Source: a bacterium
Lineage (GTDB): Bacteria > Fidelibacterota > Marinisomatia > Marinisomatales > UBA1611
Direction: 5' to 3'
Assembly (NCBI GenBank): GCA_038127595.1
Contig: JAYPIC010000029.1
Location: 5,195-22,278 of the forward strand
DNA: 17,084 nt
Made by a program: the position numbers and the translations under genes. The notes below the pieces were generated by a model that did not search any database, had not been told where the DNA came from, and was given only the letters and a program-made list of their open reading frames with translations. This document shows positions 1 to 7,518 of the stretch, piece after piece. Numbering within the stretch: the first letter of the stretch is position 1; every line of letters begins with the position of its first letter.

Positions 1-135
1 CATCATGATAATCATAAACATCATGACAATGATGGACACCACAATATTGATGATATTATGCATAAGTTAGAAGATTTAGAATCTAAACTAGAAGCTATTG
101 AAAATGGTGGAGTGTTTTGTTATAATATTGATTGA
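1..135 (+). CDS. 3' end of a gene (5' part outside window); His-rich, possibly metal-binding C-terminus followed by a short coiled-coil-like segment
   Basis: Frame 1 is open from base 1: HHDNHKHHDNDGHHNIDDIMHKLEDLESKLEAIENGGVFCYNID, stop TGA 133-135. 7 His in the first 14 residues. Family not identifiable from the fragment. Confidence 0.65.
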   Translation, partial: HHDNHKHHDNDGHHNIDDIMHKLEDLESKLEAIENGGVFCYNID

Positions 136-197
136 TGCTGATTATTATAAAAGCTGATGCAATCAATAGCAAAACACAACTAAAAAAAGAAAGATTA

Positions 198-225
198 CAT
201 AAAGAACTATTCTTTGTGCTATTTT
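198..225 (+). terminator. possible weak intrinsic terminator after the His-rich gene
   Basis: CATAAAGAA(198-206)-CTA-TTCTTTGTG(210-218), a 9-bp stem with one G-U, followed by CTATTTT. AT-rich stem, imperfect U-tract. Confidence 0.3.
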
Positions 226-245
226 CTCCAAAACGTTCCAAAAAA

Positions 246-271
246 CACTAAATGCACTGGTAATACACTGG
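246..271. repeat. direct repeat copy 1 (CACTAAATGCACTGGTAATACACTGG)
   Basis: Identical 26-mer at 969-994. Similarity extends to 240-277 vs 963-1000 with 3 mismatches. Confidence 0.95.
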
Positions 272-289
272 CCAGTTCATCCTTTATAA

Positions 290-297
290 TATCTTTG
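290..297 (+). promoter_or_regulatory. possible Bacteroidota-type -7 promoter element (TAnnTTTG)
   Basis: TATCTTTG ending 14 nt before the ATG at 312. Short motif in AT-rich DNA and no clear -33 TTTG. Confidence 0.3.
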
Positions 298-311
298 TAG
301 ATTTAGTAAAT

Positions 312-893
312 ATGAAAAAAATTATACTCCTTATTATATTTCAAAGTATTTCTTTTTGCCAAGAATTTCAAGTAGGAGACATTGTCAGTGACCTCGAGGG
401 TATTTTATGCGGAAATGGCAAAGGAGTGTGGCATTATCCCAAGGATATTGGAAAGGTATTATTTATATCTTCTTTTGCTACATGGTGAAAACCCTGTCAG
501 TCAGAGGCTCAGACTGTAGAAAAAATATTTCAAAAATTTAAGTCAGATGATGTAGTGGTAATCGCAGCGGGGATGGATTGGAATAGCCCTTATAGTTGTA
601 AAGATTGGGTAAAAAAATTTATGCTAACTTTTCCAGTCATAGATGATACAAAAGGGCGGTCCGTCTATAATCATTTTGGAGATGGCATAGTTCCATTTAA
701 TATTGTGATAAATAGATATGGACAATTGGTATATTCAAAATCAGGTTTTAACAAAGATGAAATCATTAAAATCATAGAGGAAAGTTTAGATTCATCAAAT
801 GTAAAGAGTGGTTTTAATTTCCCCAAAATTTTAAAAAATGCTCCACAAACTAGATATGAACTATTAAGGTCAAACAAAGGGTTTGATAAATAG
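312..893 (+). CDS. exported thioredoxin-fold (TlpA/ResA-like, AhpC/TSA-redoxin) oxidoreductase, probable selenoprotein with UxxC motif, 193 aa
   Basis: ATG 312 reads MKKIILLIIFQSISFCQEFQVGDIVSDLEGILCGNGKGVWHYPKDIGKVLFISSFATW-[TGA 486-488]-KPCQSEAQTVEKIFQKFKSDDVVVIAAG... and continues in frame into the 555-893 ORF. The TGA sits exactly at the first Cys of the GKV...FxATW-CxPC signature. Downstream LTFPV and IVPFNIVI (cis-Pro loop) fit the family. N-terminal signal peptide present. Confidence 0.88.
494..519 (+). promoter_or_regulatory. putative bacterial SECIS element
   Basis: CUG(494-496)/UAG(517-519), bulged U497, CAGUC(498-502)/GACUG(512-516), then A.A, GA/UC and a GGC apical loop (506-508) 17 nt after the UGA. 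G-led apical loop and spacing fit the bacterial SECIS model. Folded by eye. Confidence 0.7.
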
Positions 894-968
894 TTTTAGA
901 AGAGAGAAGTAGGGCTTTGGTTTTCCTGGTCTCTATTTGTTTGAATACCTTAACAATACCCTAAAAAG

Positions 969-994
969 CACTAAATGCACTGGTAATACACTGG
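969..994. repeat. direct repeat copy 2 (CACTAAATGCACTGGTAATACACTGG)
   Basis: Identical to 246-271, offset 723 bp. Confidence 0.95.
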
Positions 995-1063
995 TCATTT
1001 TTACTAACAATTAAAGTTACGGATACCCCATAATATTATTTACATAGTAATAAGTAAATAATT

Positions 1064-1096
1064 TTTGTAAGAATTATAAAATTTGATTTAATTTTG
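1064..1096 (+). promoter_or_regulatory. possible Bacteroidota-type promoter (-33 TTTG / -7 TAnnTTTG) for the small ORF
   Basis: TTTG 1064-1067, 21-nt spacer, TAATTTTG 1089-1096, ending 30 nt before ATG 1127. Confidence 0.4.
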
Positions 1097-1126
1097 CGGC
1101 CTTAAAATATCAAGAAAAGGAGTATT

Positions 1127-1246
1127 ATGGGGAATACAACATCAGAACGAAGACGAAGGCAAAGAAGATTTATATTTGATAGGCTTAATAATATGCGGTC
1201 AAGAAATTCAAAGTGGTATCCAGTAAAAAGAAAAGAAGTATTATAG
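1127..1246 (+). CDS. small Arg-rich hypothetical protein, 39 aa
   Basis: AAGGAG (1117-1122) 4 nt before ATG. MGNTTSERRRRQRRFIFDRLNNMRSRNSKWYPVKRKEVL, TAG 1244-1246. Candidate promoter upstream and strong terminator downstream. Below the ORF-track cutoff. Confidence 0.6.
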   Translation: MGNTTSERRRRQRRFIFDRLNNMRSRNSKWYPVKRKEVL

Positions 1247-1329
1247 AATGAACTTTGAATTGAAAAAAGATAATTAGTAAAAAATAGAATTTATTTTTTT
1301 TACAAAGTCTTATAATTTATGTTCAAAAT

Positions 1330-1356
1330 AAAAGCCCCACATTCGTGGGGTTTTTT
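1330..1356. terminator. intrinsic terminator, probably bidirectional
   Basis: AAAA-GCCCCAC-ATTC-GTGGGGT-TTTTT, between the convergent small ORF (+) and his operon (-). Confidence 0.85.
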
Positions 1357-1509
1357 GTTTATGGACTTTCTTTGGTATATTCTTTTTTGTGCTTAGTGAG
1401 TAATATAATTAGGCGTTACTTTTTAAATATCCATACACCCATACCCCATCCCCGAGGAGCGTAAGGAGGTATAGAGGTTTTTTGTTTGTAATCTATAATA
1501 GATTTAAAA

Positions 1510-2100
1510 CTATTTTGTTCTGGTAGATCGCTCTTTAAGAACATTATCAATTTCTGATAAATTTATATTTTTACTTTTAAGTAGAACTAACATGTGGTAT
1601 AACAAATCAGCAAACTCATTCTTTAATCGTTCTTTATTATCCAAATCTAGGATAAGTTCTACTGTTTCCTCGCCAACTTTTCTAGCAACATGTTTTGTAC
1701 CTTTTTCTAGCAAATACTTTGTATATGACTCTTTACTAGTTTCATTTTCTTTTCCTTTAATAATGTTTTCTAGTGAATAAATGAAGCCAACATTAGTATC
1801 ATTATCAAAACATGAGATATTGCCTTTATGACAAGTAGGACCTTTAGGGAGTGCAAAAATTAAAAGAGTATCACTATCACAATCCGTTAAAATATTTTTT
1901 ACTAATAACTCATTTCCAGATGTCTCACCTTTTTTCCATAATCTTTCTTTACTTCTACTGTAGAAAACTACCTTTTTTGTTTTTTTTGTAGTTAAAAAAG
2001 CTTCCTCGTTCATATATCCAAGCATAAGAACTTGAAAGGTATTTGAATTTTGAATGATTACAGGAACTAGTCCATTACCCTTTTTAAAATCAATTTTCAT
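1510..2100 (-). CDS. hisIE: bifunctional phosphoribosyl-AMP cyclohydrolase / phosphoribosyl-ATP pyrophosphatase
   Basis: YSRSKERLWKKGETSGN, DCDSDTLL and GPTCH..SCF (HisI). SYT..L, KVGEE and E.ADLLYH (HisE). Confidence 0.97.
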   Translation of the reverse strand: MKIDFKKGNGLVPVIIQNSNTFQVLMLGYMNEEAFLTTKKTKKVVFYSRSKERLWKKGETSGNELLVKNILTDCDSDTLLIFALPKGPTCHKGNISCFDNDTNVGFIYSLENIIKGKENETSKESYTKYLLEKGTKHVARKVGEETVELILDLDNKERLKNEFADLLYHMLVLLKSKNINLSEIDNVLKERSTRTK

Positions 2101-2849
2101 CTTAATGGTATACCTTTATTTGTTAGAAAAAATTTTAAATCTGGAATTTTAATTTTATTAAAATGAAATACACTAGCAGCAAGAGCTCCAGTGGCTCTAG
2201 TTTTTGTAAAAATTTCAAAAAAATCTTCCTCTTGCCCAGATCCCCCAGATGCAATAACTGGTATGTTGATTGAATTTGCTACTTTTTCAGTAATTTCAAC
2301 CGAAAATCCTTTTGTAGTACCATCACCATCCATTGATGTCAGAAGGATTTCACCAGCACCATGCTTTTCAGCAATTTTAACCCATTCAATCACTTCAAAA
2401 TTAGTTTCCTCTCTTCCCCCTTTGATAAAAACTTTCCATATACCGTTAATTTCTTTTATATCCACTGCTACTACAAGGCATTGAGATCCAAAATTATTTG
2501 AGATGTTTGATATTAAAGATGGGTTATTTATTGCACTACTATTTATAGTAATTTTATCAGCTCCAGATTTAATTAAGGTATCAACATCTTTTAGAGTTTT
2601 TATACCACCACCTACTGTAAAAGGTATGTTTACATTTTTTGCAATATTTTCTACTAATTCTATAAAAATATTTTTGTTATCTATGGTTGCATTAATATCT
2701 AAATAAACTAATTCATCTGCGCCCTCTTCAATATACCTCTTAGATAATTCTATTGGATCACCTGCATCTTTTAGGTTTAAAAAATTAGTTCCTTTTACAG
2801 TTCTATCACCTATTATATCAAGACATGGAATTATTCTTTTCTTCAACAT
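2097..2849 (-). CDS. hisF: imidazole glycerol phosphate synthase cyclase subunit
   Basis: [50 protein letters not shown]. Confidence 0.98.
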   Translation of the reverse strand: MLKKRIIPCLDIIGDRTVKGTNFLNLKDAGDPIELSKRYIEEGADELVYLDINATIDNKNIFIELVENIAKNVNIPFTVGGGIKTLKDVDTLIKSGADKITINSSAINNPSLISNISNNFGSQCLVVAVDIKEINGIWKVFIKGGREETNFEVIEWVKIAEKHGAGEILLTSMDGDGTTKGFSVEITEKVANSINIPVIASGGSGQEEDFFEIFTKTRATGALAASVFHFNKIKIPDLKFFLTNKGIPLR

Positions 2850-3547
2850 AATTCTTTGAGATCTATCTCATTCTCGTAGATAGCCTTACCAATTATTACC
2901 CCGAAGCATCTTATTTTTTTTAATTTTGATATATCATTAACATTTCTTACTCCACCACTAGCAATTAAGCTTATATTTGTCTGTTTAATAATTTCCTTAT
3001 AAAGTTTAATTGATGGGCCATTAAGCATTCCATCTCTACTTGTATCTGTGCAAATCACATACTTTATATTATATTTTTCATAATGTTTGATAAAATCAAT
3101 TATATTGTATGAGGATTTTTTTCTCCAAGCATCAATAACAATCTTTCCATTTTTTTGATCTGCACCTAAAATTATTTTCTCACTTCCATATAATTCAATT
3201 AATCTTAAAAACTTCGTTTGATCATCAACAGCCATACTTCCACAAGTGATTTGAGAAGCTCCACTTTCAAATGCTATTTCAGCATCTTTTAATGAATTAA
3301 TTCCCCCTCCAAAGTCTATTTTAAGGTTAGTGTTAAGTGCTATCTTTTCTAAAATTTTGTGGCTTTGTATAGCTTTTAATCTTGCACCATCCAGGTCAAC
3401 TACATGAAGATGTGATATACCAAGTTCTTCAAAAGATTTTGCGATTTCTAACGGGTTGTTACTATATATTTTTTTTTGACTATAATCGCCTTTTTTTAGC
3501 CTGACGCATTTTCCATCAATTATATCTATAGCAGGAATTATTTTCAT
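2843..3547 (-). CDS. hisA: ProFAR isomerase
   Basis: [50 protein letters not shown]. Confidence 0.97.
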   Translation of the reverse strand: MKIIPAIDIIDGKCVRLKKGDYSQKKIYSNNPLEIAKSFEELGISHLHVVDLDGARLKAIQSHKILEKIALNTNLKIDFGGGINSLKDAEIAFESGASQITCGSMAVDDQTKFLRLIELYGSEKIILGADQKNGKIVIDAWRKKSSYNIIDFIKHYEKYNIKYVICTDTSRDGMLNGPSIKLYKEIIKQTNISLIASGGVRNVNDISKLKKIRCFGVIIGKAIYENEIDLKELC

Positions 3548-4122
3548 AATAATAAAAAATTTTTTAAAACTTTTTCCCCAATTAATGAAGATTTTTCAGG
3601 ATGGAATTGTGTACCAAAAAAATTTTCATTTTCAATAATTGAACTAAAATTAATCTGATAATTACATATTGCTTTTGTGCTTTCCCCCACCTCTACATAA
3701 TAGCTATGAACATAATATAGGTCATCACTTATTTTTACCCCTCTTAATAATTTGGTATCCGCTGATTCAAAATTATTCCAACCCATGTGAGGTACAAGAT
3801 CATTGTTTTTAAATCTTACAACATCATTAGGGAAAATTTTTAAGCATTGAGTGGGTCCTTCTTCGCTAGAATTACACATCAGCTGCATTCCAAGGCATAT
3901 ACCAAGTACGGGTTGCTCTAAGTTTTGAATTAATTTATCTAATTTATTAGACCTTAAATATTTCATAGCAGAAAATGCTTCTCCAACACCAGGGAAAATA
4001 ACCTTATCAGCATCTTTAATTTTTTTGTGATCATTTGTGATAATGCAATCATAACCCAGTCTATCAATTGCATTATAAACTGATAATATGTTACCAGCAT
4101 TATATTGTATGATCGCAATCAT
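3544..4122 (-). CDS. hisH: imidazole glycerol phosphate synthase glutamine amidotransferase subunit
   Basis: [37 protein letters not shown]. Confidence 0.98.
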   Translation of the reverse strand: MIAIIQYNAGNILSVYNAIDRLGYDCIITNDHKKIKDADKVIFPGVGEAFSAMKYLRSNKLDKLIQNLEQPVLGICLGMQLMCNSSEEGPTQCLKIFPNDVVRFKNNDLVPHMGWNNFESADTKLLRGVKISDDLYYVHSYYVEVGESTKAICNYQINFSSIIENENFFGTQFHPEKSSLIGEKVLKNFLLL

Positions 4123-5210
4123 AAAACTCCCTTGGTACTAGGTACTTCATAAATAGAATTTTTATCAATAGCCATTCTTACAGATTTTGCAAATCCTTTA
4201 AAAATTGCCTCAATCTTGTGATGCTCAATATTTCCTGTTGCTTTGATATTCAAATTACATTTTGCTGAGTCTGAAAAAGATTTGAAAAAATGCATAAACA
4301 GCTCTGTTGGTACTTCTCCGATGTATTCCCTTTTAAAATCAACATCCCATTCAAGCCAAGGTCGTCCCCCGAAATCCAAGGCTATTTTTGCTAAGCAATC
4401 ATCCATCGGTAAAACAAAACCATATCTGTTGATACTTTTTTTCATACCTAGTGCTTGATTAAATGCTTCGCCGATCGAAATTGCAATATCCTCAATTGTA
4501 TGATGTTTGTCTACATGAAGGTCACCGTTACAATCTACAATAAGTTGAATTTGAGCATGTTTAGCAAATTGCTCTAACATATGATCAAAAAATCCTATCC
4601 CGGTATTTATGTTGTAATTTTTTTCATTATCTAAATTAAGCGAAATACTAATTTTTGTTTCGTTAGTTACTCTATTTACATTTGCGGTTCTTGGAACTGT
4701 TTTTAAATAATTGTATATCTCATTCCAAGATTGTGTGGTTAAATCAGTTTTTAGCTTACAATCTTCTCCGATAAATATTTTACCACACCCTAGGTTCTGC
4801 GCTAGCTCAACATCTGTAGTTCTATCACCAATTACATATGAATTTTTCATATCATAATTACCGTAAATATATTTTTGAAGGAACCCTGTTTTTGGTTTTC
4901 TAGTTTCTGAATTATCTTCAGGAAAACTTTTATCGATAAAAATATCCTCAAAGAACACACCCTCACTTTCAAATGTTTTTAACATCATTTCTTGAGGAGC
5001 TAAAAAACTTTCAGTTGGGAAAGATTTTGTTCCAAGCCCATCCTGGTTAGTTATCAATACAAGTTTGTATTCTAATTCATTGAATATTTTTGAAAGATTA
5101 GAAATTACCCCTGGTAAAAATTCCAACTTTTCAATGCTATCAATTTGAAACGTGTCTTTAGGCTCTATTATTAGAGTACCATCTCGATCAATAAATAGTA
5201 TTTTATTCAT
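4119..5210 (-). CDS. hisB: bifunctional histidinol-phosphatase / imidazoleglycerol-phosphate dehydratase
   Basis: HAD motif FIDRDGTL, TNQDGLGT, RKP, IGDR.TD. IGPD motifs FFDHML, DLHVDKHHTIED, HHKIEA.FK. Confidence 0.98.
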   Translation of the reverse strand: MNKILFIDRDGTLIIEPKDTFQIDSIEKLEFLPGVISNLSKIFNELEYKLVLITNQDGLGTKSFPTESFLAPQEMMLKTFESEGVFFEDIFIDKSFPEDNSETRKPKTGFLQKYIYGNYDMKNSYVIGDRTTDVELAQNLGCGKIFIGEDCKLKTDLTTQSWNEIYNYLKTVPRTANVNRVTNETKISISLNLDNEKNYNINTGIGFFDHMLEQFAKHAQIQLIVDCNGDLHVDKHHTIEDIAISIGEAFNQALGMKKSINRYGFVLPMDDCLAKIALDFGGRPWLEWDVDFKREYIGEVPTELFMHFFKSFSDSAKCNLNIKATGNIEHHKIEAIFKGFAKSVRMAIDKNSIYEVPSTKGVL

Positions 5211-6234
5211 AATATTTTTCTATAGTTTTCAGTAACAATTTATTTTGTGAAACTGTCCCAACTGTTAATCTAAGACTATCTCTTACCAAGTTAGATCTAT
5301 CTCTTACCAGAATTTTATTTTTTACCAAAAATTCAAAAAGCCCTATTGGATCTTGTACTTTAACTAAAATAAAGTTTGCTTTTGAATTGTAAACTTTTTT
5401 TATGCCTTTTATTTTTTTTAATTTGGTTTCCATAATGGCAAGCTCATTTTTTATTAATTCTATTCTTTTTTGAATTAAAATGGGATCTTTTAAGCATTTT
5501 ATTCCAGCTTCTTCATTTAGGGAACTCACATTGTATGGAGGGCATACTTTCGAAAAATAATTAATTATATTTTTACTTGAAATAGCATATCCTATTCTGC
5601 CACCAGCTAACCCTAATCCCTTACTCATTGTTCTTAATATGATTAGATTTTTATATTTTTCTAAAAGATCAATACAGGAATATTCTATGCAAAAATCAAT
5701 GTATGCTTCATCAACTACTACAACTCCTTGAAATCGTGAAAGAACAGACTCAATAATTTTTTTGTCAATTATATTGCCCGTAGGGTTGTTAGGGGAACAC
5801 AAAAAAATAATTTTTAAATTTTCATTTTTATAATGCTTATTTAGTGAATCTTTTTTAACTGTATGATTATCATCTAATTTTTCTGAAATAATATTTACAT
5901 CAGCAATTTTTGCATATGTCTCATAGATACCATAGGTAGGATAAAAACAAAAGATTGAATCCTTTTGCGGATTACAAAATATTTTAAACATTAGATCTAT
6001 TAATTCATTACTTCCATTACCTATAAAAATATTTTTTCTAGAAGTATCTAAAAATTTTGATAAATATTTTTTTAATCTGGGATAATTATTATCTGGATAT
6101 CGATTATAACTTCCGAAAGGATTTTCATTAGAATCTAAAAGGGTATAATCATTTAAATTAAGAAGTGACCTTGCACTTTCATATGCTTTCAGCTCTCTTA
6201 TATTTTGACGAACAATTTTATCAAGATCAAACAT
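5203..6234 (-). CDS. hisC: histidinol-phosphate aminotransferase
   Basis: LDSNENP, NRYPD, GNGS.ELI, CSPNNPTG, VVDEAY, RTMSK.LGLAG.R.GY (PLP Lys). Confidence 0.96.
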   Translation of the reverse strand: MFDLDKIVRQNIRELKAYESARSLLNLNDYTLLDSNENPFGSYNRYPDNNYPRLKKYLSKFLDTSRKNIFIGNGSNELIDLMFKIFCNPQKDSIFCFYPTYGIYETYAKIADVNIISEKLDDNHTVKKDSLNKHYKNENLKIIFLCSPNNPTGNIIDKKIIESVLSRFQGVVVVDEAYIDFCIEYSCIDLLEKYKNLIILRTMSKGLGLAGGRIGYAISSKNIINYFSKVCPPYNVSSLNEEAGIKCLKDPILIQKRIELIKNELAIMETKLKKIKGIKKVYNSKANFILVKVQDPIGLFEFLVKNKILVRDRSNLVRDSLRLTVGTVSQNKLLLKTIEKYYE

Positions 6235-6237
6235 TTA

Positions 6238-7518
6238 TTATTTATCCAATCTAATTTTAACCGAATTTGAATGCGCATGCATACCTTCTGCATCAGCCAT
6301 ATTAATTATCGCTGGACCTATTGATCTGAGTCCATTTGAAGTTAATTTCTGAAAAGTTATTGTTTTTAAAAAGCTATCAACTGATACACCACTCCGTGTT
6401 AAAGATAAACCACCAGTAGGCAAAACATGATTCGTGCCGCTTGCATAATCTCCTGCACTTTCACAACTGTAATTTCCCAAAAAAACGGACCCAGCATTTA
6501 TTATCTTGTGAATATGATTTTCAAAATTTTTTGATGCTATGATTAAATGTTCTGGAGCATAAAAGTTACTTAGCTTTACACAATCATTGATATTTTCAAA
6601 ATTAACTAAAAAACTATTTTTGATTGATTTCATAATAGTTTCTGCTCTTGGTAAGCTTAATAACTGTTCTTCAATTTCTTTTTGCACATTTGCAATTACA
6701 CTTTTATCATCTGTTGCTAAAATGAACTGACTATCTGGTCCATGCTCAGCCTGAGAAAGCAGATCAGCAGCAACATATTTTGGATTACACGTTTTATCTG
6801 CAATGATAAATACTTCGCTTGGCCCTGAAAGCATATCAATATCTGTTCCATTATTGCTTGCAAAAAATTTAGATTTAGTAACGTATTGGTTTCCTGGACC
6901 AAAAATTTTGTCAACTTTTGGAATCGTATTTGTTCCCAATGATAAAGCTGCAATTGATTGAGCCCCACCAATTTTAAAAACATTCGAAATTTTCAATATT
7001 GATGCCACATATAAAATGACATCATCAATTTCACCATTTTCATTTGGAGGAGTAACAATGTTAATATTTTTCACACCAGCAATTTTTGCTGGAATACCCA
7101 ACATTAATAAAGTTGAAAATAATGGAGCAGATCCACCTGGTATATATAACCCCACATTATTTATTGGCCTAGACTCTCTCCAGCATTTAACTCCCGGAGA
7201 TATTTCTATTTTTGCATGTGGTTTAATCTGAGAATTGTGAAACCTGAAAATATTATCATAAGCAACTAAAATTGACTTCCTTAATTCTATATCAATATTA
7301 TTTTTTGATTGTTCAATCCTAGATTCTGAAACTTTAAAATCTTGAATTTCGCAACCATCAAGCTTCTTGGTTAGCTCCCTCAATGCATTGTCATTTTTCA
7401 ATCTAACTTCATCCCAGATTTTTTCTACAATCTGACTAAGTTTTTTTTCTTCTAATTTTGGTCGGCAAAAAATCTTTTCCCAAGATTGTATTTCAGGATT
7501 TTTTAAATAGCTTATCAT
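6238..7518 (-). CDS. hisD: histidinol dehydrogenase
   Basis: VGLYIPGG.APL.ST, GGAQ.IAAL, KIFGPGN.YV, GPSEV, DLLSQAEH, APEHL, GDYASGTNHVLPT. Confidence 0.98.
   Translation of the reverse strand: MISYLKNPEIQSWEKIFCRPKLEEKKLSQIVEKIWDEVRLKNDNALRELTKKLDGCEIQDFKVSESRIEQSKNNIDIELRKSILVAYDNIFRFHNSQIKPHAKIEISPGVKCWRESRPINNVGLYIPGGSAPLFSTLLMLGIPAKIAGVKNINIVTPPNENGEIDDVILYVASILKISNVFKIGGAQSIAALSLGTNTIPKVDKIFGPGNQYVTKSKFFASNNGTDIDMLSGPSEVFIIADKTCNPKYVAADLLSQAEHGPDSQFILATDDKSVIANVQKEIEEQLLSLPRAETIMKSIKNSFLVNFENINDCVKLSNFYAPEHLIIASKNFENHIHKIINAGSVFLGNYSCESAGDYASGTNHVLPTGGLSLTRSGVSVDSFLKTITFQKLTSNGLRSIGPAIINMADAEGMHAHSNSVKIRLDK

Noticed and set aside
486..488. Genome-wide TGA reassignment (Trp or Gly) as the explanation for the in-frame TGA
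   Set aside because: hisG, hisH and hisF end in TGA with ATGA overlaps, Trp is encoded by TGG (e.g. 483-485), and the position requires Cys or Sec.
555..893. ORF-track 112-aa protein starting at GTG 555
   Set aside because: It is the C-terminal part of the 312-893 gene. It lacks the active site and signal peptide, which lie upstream in the same frame.
900..940. Possible terminator after the selenoprotein gene (AGAGA...TCTCT)
   Set aside because: The stem is short and interrupted, with no clean U-tract.
246..994. Repeats as a CRISPR array, dif/pdif sites or integron attC sites
   Set aside because: Only two copies, 723 bp apart, with no cas genes. No XerD-type TTATGTTAAAT arm. No RYYYAAC...GTTRRRY long palindrome.
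3469..3477. T9 run in hisA as a slippage site
   Set aside because: The reading frame is intact and such runs are expected from Lys codons in AT-rich DNA.
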